A stretch of DNA of 64,000 bases, from positions 3,273 through 67,272 of IMG/VR virus record IMGVR_UViG_3300049215_000171. One strand, given 5' to 3'. This document shows positions 50,053 through 58,093 of the stretch, piece after piece (the stretch's first letter is position 1; the number at the start of each line of letters is the position of its first letter). The notes beneath the pieces were generated by a model. That model worked only from the letters and a program-made list of their open reading frames with translations, was not told where the DNA came from and made no database searches. This DNA comes from a virus. A program made the position numbers and the translations under genes.

Positions 50053-51662
50053 ATAAAGCAAGAATAGATCGTGATCAGCAAAGTCAGTTGGGTCAATTTT
50101 TTACTCCCGTGGAAACCGCACAAAAAATTGTGGATTCACTATCGCTAACTACAAAGTCGGTTGTTCTCGAACCAAGTGCGGGCGACGGATCGTTTTTGAT
50201 ACCATTAATTTTACGTTTTATGAAATTACATAGTGGAACTCATATCGAACGATTAACTAAAACACTAACAAAAAATATATTTTCGGTAGAATTAGATACG
50301 GTGGCTTATAAAAAATCATTAGAACAATTAGAAAAAATATTTGGATCGCTTCCAAAAAATCACAACATAATGTGTAATGATTTTTTTAAATCAAAGTTTG
50401 ATAATAAAAAATTTGATTTTATTGTTGGAAATCCACCATTTGGTGGAACGATAGAGCCAGCCATTCAAGATGAACTGGATAATAAATATGGAAATCGTGA
50501 TGGATTAAAAATAAAAAAAGAAACATATAGTTTTTTTATAGTAGCTTGCGTGGAAATGTTGGCAAAAAAAGGTCAATTAAAATTTATTTGTAGTGATAGT
50601 TTTTTAACTATTCCAACTATGAAAGGATTACGTGAATTTCTTTTAAATCGTGGTAAAACAAAAATAAATAAACTAGAAGAGTTTTCCGATGAAACTAACC
50701 AACCTATGGTAATTATAGATTTTACATTAGATAAAAAAAGCAATCATGTCATTGTTAATGATAAGCGATTAAATAGAAAAGTAATAGATTTAACTGGTAA
50801 TAAATCTTGGCAAATAGCAAATGAGTTTATTCCATTATTTTCTGGTAAAAAAATAGGTGATTTTATGGTTGCATCAAGTGGTATGACTATAGGATGTAAT
50901 GAATTATTTTTAAGAGAAATTGATGATAATAAAATACATGAACACTTAAGTTTTGAGTTTTTTAAAGATCCAATTACAATGGAAAATGAAAAATCTAGAG
51001 CGCGATTAGGAAAATTAAGCAAAAATCGTGTGGAAGAAATAACTCGACTAGAAAAATCTGGAGCGACTAAACGTAATGTTAAAGTAATCCCATTAAATAA
51101 AGAAAAAACCGTTAGGATCCCGCATCCTGATTATAAATTTTATAATAAAGCTTCATCGGATATAGTGTATGCACAACCAAAAAATGCTATTTTTTGGAAA
51201 AATAATGGCGATGCAGTTTTAACCTTTAAAAAGAATGGAAATTGGTATCTTCGTGGTGTTGGAGGAAAACCATTCTTTGAAAAAGAAGGGCTGTCATGGC
51301 AGTTAGTTTCTCAGTCATTAAATATGAGATATCTTCCAGCAGGATATATATTAGACAGTGGAGCACCATGTGCATTTCTTCGTGATGGAGTAGACCAGGA
51401 TGAATTGTGGTTTATTCTTGGATGGTCATTAACTAGCTTATGCACCCGTGTTTTGAAAGAGGTGTTAAATCATACACGTAACATACAGTCAAAAGATTTT
51501 GAAAAACTTCCATACCCATTTTGGGTCGATGAAGAAAACAAAAAGAATGCTATTCAATACATTCATGAAATAGTTCAAAGATCCATAAAAGGTAGAAAAT
51601 TTAATAGATCAGATCAAGAAATAAATAAATTAAATGAGATATATAATTATAAGGTAAAATAA
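50049..51662 (+). CDS. N6-adenine DNA methyltransferase (gamma class) with C-terminal target-recognition region
   Basis: GQFFTP, motif I VLEPSAGDGSF, motif IV IVGNPPF; C-terminal FFEKEGLSW...RYLPAGYILDSG. Confidence 0.9.
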   Translation: MNKARIDRDQQSQLGQFFTPVETAQKIVDSLSLTTKSVVLEPSAGDGSFLIPLILRFMKLHSGTHIERLTKTLTKNIFSVELDTVAYKKSLEQLEKIFGSLPKNHNIMCNDFFKSKFDNKKFDFIVGNPPFGGTIEPAIQDELDNKYGNRDGLKIKKETYSFFIVACVEMLAKKGQLKFICSDSFLTIPTMKGLREFLLNRGKTKINKLEEFSDETNQPMVIIDFTLDKKSNHVIVNDKRLNRKVIDLTGNKSWQIANEFIPLFSGKKIGDFMVASSGMTIGCNELFLREIDDNKIHEHLSFEFFKDPITMENEKSRARLGKLSKNRVEEITRLEKSGATKRNVKVIPLNKEKTVRIPHPDYKFYNKASSDIVYAQPKNAIFWKNNGDAVLTFKKNGNWYLRGVGGKPFFEKEGLSWQLVSQSLNMRYLPAGYILDSGAPCAFLRDGVDQDELWFILGWSLTSLCTRVLKEVLNHTRNIQSKDFEKLPYPFWVDEENKKNAIQYIHEIVQRSIKGRKFNRSDQEINKLNEIYNYKVK

Positions 51663-51664
51663 AA

Positions 51665-51904
51665 ATGAGAACAGAAAAACACAAGAAAAAGATAGAAAAA
51701 GAAATAACACAGTTTTGTAGCAATAAAAAATGTAAAGTACATAATCAAGGTGTCTTAAATTTAAGATTTGAATGGAAAATGGAATTAATTGATCATAAAT
51801 TGCTCGATCAATTAGTAATAAAACAAGATCCGTGTTGTGAGGAATTTGATATAGAATTATTTAATAAATTATGTCCTATGTTTGGTGTTTCACGACCCAA
51901 TTGA
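51665..51904 (+). CDS. Hypothetical protein
   Basis: 79 aa ORF with several Cys residues; AAGG upstream. Confidence 0.45.
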   Translation: MRTEKHKKKIEKEITQFCSNKKCKVHNQGVLNLRFEWKMELIDHKLLDQLVIKQDPCCEEFDIELFNKLCPMFGVSRPN

Positions 51905-52292
51905 ATCAATGACCCCACCACCCAATTCAAATATAATAATCTATTTCCGCACCGGGCTACAAGTTAGTGGCACCGTCATCAACTGGTCAGACGGTAAATC
52001 CGCCATAAAATCCCTCACAGGAAACAAAATCACCGTCATACAGAAAACGCTCGAAGATGTTCTATTTTATTCTTATAGTGAAATAAATATTAAAGAACAT
52101 TTTATTGAGGTTGCAGAAAAGCCAGTCAAAGACGATATTGATTTATGCACTCTAGCCGAACTAAAAAATGAAATGAACGAATTAGAGAGACAAGAAATTG
52201 CTGAAAAACTAACTTCACATGAGCCATCAGGTAATGCACCAGTTAGTTATGGCTCATCGCTATCTATGTTATTTGGAGGAAAAAAGAAATGA
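51882..52292 (+). CDS. Hypothetical protein with possible Sm/Hfq-like N-terminal domain
   Basis: IIIYFRTGLQVSGTVINWSD resembles the Sm1 motif; likely start ATG 51909. Confidence 0.4.
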   Translation: MVFHDPIESMTPPPNSNIIIYFRTGLQVSGTVINWSDGKSAIKSLTGNKITVIQKTLEDVLFYSYSEINIKEHFIEVAEKPVKDDIDLCTLAELKNEMNELERQEIAEKLTSHEPSGNAPVSYGSSLSMLFGGKKK

Positions 52293-52555
52293 AAAAAATA
52301 AAATATCAAGTGCATGGATTCTTTGGATCATTGGAGGAAGGAACAATTATAGATGCATACTTAGTATCACAAGATAAACATACTAAGGATGCATTGATTT
52401 ACCATCCTAAAAGCAAGAACGGTTGTGCATCAGTAGATATATGTAGTTTTGATAAAACTAATAACTGTTTTATAACAGTTCATCCAGACGCATATATTAA
52501 TATTGGTGCCAAAGATATATTTAAATCACTAATACAGAAAAATAAAAAGAAATGA
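52289..52555 (+). CDS. Hypothetical protein
   Basis: 88 aa ORF with ATGA overlaps at both ends. Confidence 0.5.
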   Translation: MKKIKYQVHGFFGSLEEGTIIDAYLVSQDKHTKDALIYHPKSKNGCASVDICSFDKTNNCFITVHPDAYINIGAKDIFKSLIQKNKKK

Positions 52556-53274
52556 TTAAAAATGCAATAATGCTAACAGGCGGAACAGGTTCCCGTCTCC
52601 TTCCGTTCACAAAACTAATATCAAAGCACCTCCTCCCAGTAAATGGTAAAATGATAATTGATTACCCTATCAAAACACTAACAGATATGGGTATCCAAAA
52701 CTTAACCATTGTCGTCGGTTCCTCATTTTCAGGACAGATATTAGATTATATTCAGGATGGCAGTCAATTCGGACTCAATGTAAATTACTGCTATCAACAA
52801 AAGCCACAGGGAATTGCACAAGCAATTAATATATGTAAAAGATATGTTGAAGATGATGATCAGTTCGTTGTTATTCTTGGGGACAATGTATTTACAAATC
52901 CTATCAAATGGAATAATACTAACACCGATGCACAAATCGTTTTATGCGAACACAACGAATTACAAAAGTTCGGCGTAGCATCGGTAAATCAAGAAGGCAA
53001 AATACAATATTTTATTGAAAAACCAAAAGCAATAAATTACGCATATAATAATTATGCCATAGCAGGATGTTATTTATTTGATCAAGAGTTTTTTAATTAC
53101 TTCGCTGGTATGGTTCCATCAGATAGAGGTGAGTTCGAGATTGTCGATATTATAAAACAATATCATAAAGACAATGAACTTAGCTATATAGTTCAGGATG
53201 GGTTATGGAGCGACGCTGGAACACACGATTCGATTGCATTTCTAAATAATTATTTTTACACACAGGGAAAATGA
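52552..53274 (+). CDS. rmlA: Glucose-1-phosphate thymidylyltransferase (RmlA-like, short form)
   Basis: AIMLTGGTGSRLLPFT...SKHLLPV, YQQKPQGIAQA, LGDN, EKP, RGEFEI, WSDAGT. Confidence 0.9.
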   Translation: MIKNAIMLTGGTGSRLLPFTKLISKHLLPVNGKMIIDYPIKTLTDMGIQNLTIVVGSSFSGQILDYIQDGSQFGLNVNYCYQQKPQGIAQAINICKRYVEDDDQFVVILGDNVFTNPIKWNNTNTDAQIVLCEHNELQKFGVASVNQEGKIQYFIEKPKAINYAYNNYAIAGCYLFDQEFFNYFAGMVPSDRGEFEIVDIIKQYHKDNELSYIVQDGLWSDAGTHDSIAFLNNYFYTQGK

Positions 53275-54008
53275 GTATAGTTAGATCGCAGGCACTGAAT
53301 AACCTTCCTAAGCGCAAGGTAGATCAGAAGATACTATCATTAGTACAGGAATGTCCAACGTGTTCTAAAAAGAATATAACTAAAATTGAGCAGGCGTATG
53401 ACGGTGTGTGTGAAAGGTGTTCTATTCAATTAATAGCATTTAATAGATACGCTGAAACCAATATTCAAATTGAATACTGGGCACTTAATATGGATGAGTT
53501 TGTTGGATCCAATGAACTAAAAAAGTTATATGCCCGTATCACGGAAAATCTACCGAAGGTGTATAATGATGGAATGTCATTATGTTTAGCTGGAAGCCAT
53601 GGAATCGGAAAAACAATGACAATTTCTTGTATTCTAAAACGAGCATGTGAAAAGAATTACTCGTGTTTATATACAACACTTAATGATATAGTTAATACAT
53701 TAATAGAAGCGCCTTATGAAGATAAATATCTTGCTCGTAAAGAAATGATGAATGTTGATTTTTTAGCAGTTGATGAGTTCGATAGTAAATATATTGCTGA
53801 TGGGGCAAGCGATCTTTTTGCTCGTTCAATAGAACCAATTTTGCGAGGAAGATTGCAAAACAAATTACCTATTTTTGTATGCAGTAATTCGCCAAATCCA
53901 ACGGAGGCATTTAAAGGAAGTATAAAACAAAGTATAGATAGTATATTTAATCGAGTTAAGGTAATACCAATACTTGCAGATGATTTTAGAAAGACCCAAA
54001 AACAATGA
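53271..54008 (+). CDS. dnaC: DnaC/IstB-like AAA+ helicase loader
   Basis: CPTC...CERC zinc motif, Walker A GSHGIGKT, Walker B FLAVDE, SN motif; close to dnaB. Confidence 0.8.
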   Translation: MSIVRSQALNNLPKRKVDQKILSLVQECPTCSKKNITKIEQAYDGVCERCSIQLIAFNRYAETNIQIEYWALNMDEFVGSNELKKLYARITENLPKVYNDGMSLCLAGSHGIGKTMTISCILKRACEKNYSCLYTTLNDIVNTLIEAPYEDKYLARKEMMNVDFLAVDEFDSKYIADGASDLFARSIEPILRGRLQNKLPIFVCSNSPNPTEAFKGSIKQSIDSIFNRVKVIPILADDFRKTQKQ

Positions 54009-54337
54009 ACATAGACGAACACATAAATCAATTCAATGATTGGTCATTTTCTACGGGGCGCCCGAAGTTTGCCGACGAGTTTGGAACAGAAGAACATACA
54101 CGATTTTGTTTGGAGTTTATAAAACGACAATTATCAGGTGGCGATGGATTGACTGGCCCACTTGCAGTATTTTTTGGTGATCTTGCAGATGTATCTGATT
54201 TGTATGGATATGAAGATGTAAGATTTCTAATGGGATATTATATTTATATGAATGCATTACGTGGTAGAGATTGGAATACGCATCAAGAAATTAAAATTGA
54301 CGCGGAACGAATACAAAGAATTATGGTGCTTGCATGA
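54005..54337 (+). CDS. Hypothetical protein
   Basis: 110 aa ORF between dnaC and dnaB with ATGA overlaps; ends IQRIMVLA. Confidence 0.55.
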   Translation: MNIDEHINQFNDWSFSTGRPKFADEFGTEEHTRFCLEFIKRQLSGGDGLTGPLAVFFGDLADVSDLYGYEDVRFLMGYYIYMNALRGRDWNTHQEIKIDAERIQRIMVLA

Positions 54338-55719
54338 ATGATTTAGATCTATCTATTCTAAAAACTATTCTAACAAATCGTAAATATGCATTAGAGTTTG
54401 CTCACGATTGCAACGAGAAATTATTCGATTCAGGCGTGTGGCGTTTTGCTAAATTGGTTATTGAATATGTAAAAACATATAAAGATGTTCCTACAAAACG
54501 TGTAATATTAGAACGTATTGACCCATCAAAGAATAAAGCATTTGCAGAACATACGGATCAGTTATTTGATAGAATAATGGCGTTCAATTATGATGATAAA
54601 GAATTTAAACATGATTTAGAAAAGTTAAAGAAAAGGTATTCAGAGAAACTTATTATAAATCTAAAAGAAAATATCGGTGAAATAGATAAGATTGATTTAA
54701 AAAAGAGTGTTAGTGATATACAAACAGTTTTAAATAATATTAAAAATGTAAATCAAATAGGGTCTTATAAGAAGGGCAATTTAAAAGATTACGCCGATGA
54801 TTTCAAAAATACTTATAGTAATAAGGTGCGAGATCCTAATTATGGGACAGGAATAAGAACTGGATATGATTTTATAGATAACACAAATCTAGGATTGCGA
54901 AGTGGCGAGTTAATCGTTTTCGCTGGCATAACTAGTTCAGGAAAATCATTATTATTAATGAATTCAGCAATACAGATGTGGTTAGGTGCTAATGACATTT
55001 CAATGACATCAAATTTTAACAATGGATCTAATGTGTTGTTGTTTTCATTGGAAATGAATTATGAGGACTATATGCAAAGGGCAATAGCAAGAATTGCTAT
55101 GGTTCCTCAAAAAAATATCAGAGACGCAAACCTAGATAATGAACAAAAAGCACGTGTAGGTATGAGTTTTAAATTCATTAAAAATTATAACAAGAATTTT
55201 ACGGTTATTGATTTACCACGAAAGGCAACACCAGAGACATTAGAGAATATGATTGATGACTATGCTACACAATATGGTAAGCCGGATGTTGTTGTTATTG
55301 ACTATTTAAATTTGATGAGCGTCAATTCAGATGCTACAGACGATTGGCTAATGCAAGCGCAAATATCAGAAGGGGTGCATGAATTAGCGCGCGCCAAAGA
55401 AACAATAGTTTTAAGTGCGGTTCAATTAAATCCAAAAGGTGGCGGTAAAGATGGAAGTTTTGGTATAAAAGATCTTCGCAGGGCAACACAAATCGCGGAT
55501 AATGTCGACATGCTTATTGTAATAAACACAAGACCTAATGAAAAGCATTGTCCAGATTTTAGTGTGGAGATGGTAAAAAATAGACGAGGAGAACTGAAGA
55601 GTGGTAAATTAAAAAAACATATGGAATGTTGCGCATTATTAAATGATGTTTATATTGAAGGTGATGGAAAAAAGGACCCAGAAGATATAGCAGATAAATT
55701 AGCAGAAATTAAAAAATGA
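54334..55719 (+). CDS. dnaB: Replicative DNA helicase (DnaB-like)
   Basis: GIRTGY, GLRSGELIVFAGITSSGKS, FSLEM, VVIDYLNLM, SAVQLN, KNRRG. Confidence 0.92.
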   Translation: MNDLDLSILKTILTNRKYALEFAHDCNEKLFDSGVWRFAKLVIEYVKTYKDVPTKRVILERIDPSKNKAFAEHTDQLFDRIMAFNYDDKEFKHDLEKLKKRYSEKLIINLKENIGEIDKIDLKKSVSDIQTVLNNIKNVNQIGSYKKGNLKDYADDFKNTYSNKVRDPNYGTGIRTGYDFIDNTNLGLRSGELIVFAGITSSGKSLLLMNSAIQMWLGANDISMTSNFNNGSNVLLFSLEMNYEDYMQRAIARIAMVPQKNIRDANLDNEQKARVGMSFKFIKNYNKNFTVIDLPRKATPETLENMIDDYATQYGKPDVVVIDYLNLMSVNSDATDDWLMQAQISEGVHELARAKETIVLSAVQLNPKGGGKDGSFGIKDLRRATQIADNVDMLIVINTRPNEKHCPDFSVEMVKNRRGELKSGKLKKHMECCALLNDVYIEGDGKKDPEDIADKLAEIKK

Positions 55720-55722
55720 ACA

Positions 55723-56175
55723 ATGAGAAAATTAGATACTAAAATTTTTATAGAGCGCGCTATTATTAAACATAATAACTATTATACTTATACTAACACT
55801 ATTTATACTCATTCACATAATGATGTTGTAATTACAGCGTAGTGATATCAAAGCCAGAAATTGCGTGTCTTGATTCGCTTGGTATACCAGAAAAATATCG
55901 ACAAAAACACATGTATATCGGTGATAGATTTTTTAAATTTGATGCTTATGATCCTATAACTAATACTGTATATGAACATCTTGGGGATTTTTGGCATGGA
56001 AATCCTAATAGTAAATTTAAATTAGATGATATGAATCCAAAAAAATAAAAAATCATATGGTGCGTTATATAAAGAGTGGTTAGAAAAAGAACGAATAATA
56101 AAATTAGCAGGATATAATTTAATAACAATTTGGGAGTCAGATTGGCTCGCACAAAAGAAAAATAATAAGGAATAA
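55723..56175 (+). pseudogene. Decayed homing endonuclease (N-terminal DNA-binding repeat plus Vsr/EDxHD-like nuclease) in three fragments
   Basis: MRKLDTKIFIERAIIKHNNYYTY...VVITA* (55723-55842); FDAYD...VYEHLGDFWHGNP (55842-56048); +1 frame KSYGALY...GYNLITIWESDW (to 56175). Confidence 0.7.
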
Positions 56176-56176
56176 A

Positions 56177-56503
56177 ATGCCAACATATTTATATTTATGC
56201 AAGGTCAATAATATCGAGTTTGAAGAAGTTCATTCAATAAAAATAGTATTAGAAGAATGTCCAATATGTAAAGAGAAAAATCTTGAACAACATGTGCCAA
56301 GTCCACAAATCGCAGGGGGTTCGGGGAAAGGGATCGTAGAACTATCAGGTCATGAGTTAACCGCAAAAACAAAAGAAGATGCTCGTAAGTTTCAAAAAGA
56401 AGTTTATTCTAACGAAAAAACATACGCTAATTTTATTGGGGAAGATAAATACCAATCAATACAGCAAGGGCTAGATCGTGGAAAAAGAAATCGACCCCAG
56501 TAA
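56177..56503 (+). CDS. FmdB-like zinc-ribbon protein
   Basis: MPTYLYLC....EFEEVHSI....EECPIC; AAGGA RBS. Confidence 0.7.
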   Translation: MPTYLYLCKVNNIEFEEVHSIKIVLEECPICKEKNLEQHVPSPQIAGGSGKGIVELSGHELTAKTKEDARKFQKEVYSNEKTYANFIGEDKYQSIQQGLDRGKRNRPQ

Positions 56504-56802
56504 GATCTATTACGGTGTGGCAGATAAATATCTTTTTGATAAAAGATATCCTAATTTTGCTAGCGGAATAATAGAAGGAAATCGCTATCCCAGAATAGTT
56601 CATACTATAATGGATGATAAAGATGATTTGCTTGTTTACGTTCGTGATGTAGATAAGCAACAGGCAAAAGCAATTAAAAAAATTAGGTGATAGATCGAAT
56701 TTTAATGAGCGATACGTTGTTTCATTTACCGAGATTGATATAAAAACAATCAAAATTATTGAAATAGAACATCACATAAATAATTTTCTATTACTAGTAT
56801 AG
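56478..56802 (+). pseudogene. Hypothetical gene split by a +1 frameshift in an A7 run (56676-56682)
   Basis: Track ORF 56478..56690 continues in the +1 frame as KKLGDRSNFNERY...HHINNFLLLV* and fills the gap to the next gene. Confidence 0.5.
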
Positions 56803-56811
56803 GTAATCAAA

Positions 56812-57042
56812 ATGTCAGACGATAGTAAAAAGCAAGTAATCAATTTTGCCCTAAAAGAATTAAAAAAAGCATTTGACGATGTGCAACAGGGCAAGACACC
56901 AAAGCCATCGCGAAATCTAAAACGCATTCAAAAAATACTAACAGAAGTAGATGGCAAAGTAAAAACAAATACAATTACAGAAGATGAGGCCAATAAAATA
57001 GCACAAGATGTAATTAATAAGATTATGAATAAAGGAAAATAG
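56812..57042 (+). CDS. Hypothetical protein
   Basis: 76 aa helical ORF with AGGT RBS. Confidence 0.5.
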   Translation: MSDDSKKQVINFALKELKKAFDDVQQGKTPKPSRNLKRIQKILTEVDGKVKTNTITEDEANKIAQDVINKIMNKGK

Positions 57043-57043
57043 A

Positions 57044-57241
57044 ATGGCAACCTATTGTTATTATTGTGAAACTTGTGATAAAGAGTTTGAGGCAGTTCAA
57101 TCAGTTCACGATGAACCATTGCAAGAATGCCCGACGTGTAAAGAAAATGGAAAAATAAGTTCTCCGCCTAAGCGTTTGATTTCTAAAACCAATTTCACAT
57201 TGGTTGGGGGCGGATGGGCTAAGGACCGATACAGTAAGTAA
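57044..57241 (+). CDS. FmdB-family zinc-ribbon regulatory protein
   Basis: MATYCYYCETC..EFEAVQSVHDEPLQECPTC...KRLIS...F.L.GGGW. Confidence 0.85.
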   Translation: MATYCYYCETCDKEFEAVQSVHDEPLQECPTCKENGKISSPPKRLISKTNFTLVGGGWAKDRYSK

Positions 57242-57304
57242 TTTTTCTATTACTAACAAGATATAATTTTTACTACAAACACAAAAAAATAGTCATCCAA
57301 TATC

Positions 57305-57333
57305 TTGACATTCTTTTTTTGATGTCTTATATT
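57305..57333 (+). promoter_or_regulatory. Sigma70-type promoter upstream of the phage sigma factor
   Basis: TTGACA (57305-10), 17 bp spacer, TATATT (57328-33); GACAT/ATGTC inverted repeat overlaps the -35 and spacer. Confidence 0.7.
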
Positions 57334-57339
57334 GGTTAA

Positions 57340-58005
57340 TTGTTGGCGCTCATGCCACCAAAAAGGCTGGTAAGAATGATATCTATTGAAGAAGCTCAAG
57401 ATCTTATGGCAACACTAATTCAACTACGAAATAAAAGTGAGGAAACAAAAAGTCAAGTAGATTTAGCGGAATATAAAAGGCACGAACAAATATGTATAGA
57501 TAAGTTTTTTTACCTAATATCAATGCGAACTAATAAATACAAAGAATTTTCAAATTACGAAGATCTGAATCAAGAAGGATTAGAAGTTTTAGTTAGGGCT
57601 ATGAATAATTATGATCCGAGCAAAGGTAATTTTTTTTGGTGGGCTCATAAGTATATAGAAACGAGAATTACTCGTAGCGCTAATGCTCATACAGTAATTA
57701 GATATCCATTAAAATTTGCAAAAGCTAATACACCACACAGAGAAACAAATATGCCAGAACTAAAAGAAGAAAAAAATATACCAGAAAAATTAACGGAGGA
57801 TTTAGAAATTACAAAAGTAATTGGTTCAGCAATGGATCATCTAAACGAAGAGCAAAAAAAAATAGTGAATCTTGTATTTGGAGTTGATGGTGATAAGCCG
57901 TTGTCAATCAGCAAAGTTTGCAAGAAAATGAAGCTATCGCGTTTTTATTGTATGAAAATGATTGATGGCGCGTTGGATGTTTTGAAAAAGAATATCCGAT
58001 TATAA
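57340..58005 (+). CDS. Phage-encoded RNA polymerase sigma factor (sigma70 family, regions 2 and 4)
   Basis: YEDLNQEG...AMNNYDPSKGNFFWWA; LNEEQKKIVNLVFG....LSISKVCKKMKLSR; start may be ATG 57352 or 57376. Confidence 0.85.
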   Translation: MLALMPPKRLVRMISIEEAQDLMATLIQLRNKSEETKSQVDLAEYKRHEQICIDKFFYLISMRTNKYKEFSNYEDLNQEGLEVLVRAMNNYDPSKGNFFWWAHKYIETRITRSANAHTVIRYPLKFAKANTPHRETNMPELKEEKNIPEKLTEDLEITKVIGSAMDHLNEEQKKIVNLVFGVDGDKPLSISKVCKKMKLSRFYCMKMIDGALDVLKKNIRL

Positions 58006-58093
58006 AAAGATTTTAATTTTCAGCATTATTGTTGAAAATGCAGTATAGAACTATCTTAAATACGAGAAGGAATGAAAATTATGAGAGGCACAA

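Noticed and set aside
4222-57042. Genome-wide stop-codon reassignment (TAG read as sense)
   Set aside because: Multi-kb ORFs are intact in the standard code, and TAG ends genes right before the next start (18689, 33396, 57040); only one isolated in-frame TAG was seen.
56784-57255. 13 bp direct repeat TTTTCTATTACTA (56784 and 57243) as an att site or operator
   Set aside because: AT-rich, only two copies, one inside a coding end, and no integrase nearby; chance cannot be excluded.
57242-58093. tRNA or structured ncRNA in the larger intergenic gaps
   Set aside because: The gaps are short and AT-rich, with no cloverleaf or T-loop motif visible by eye; tRNAscan/Infernal would be needed to exclude them formally.
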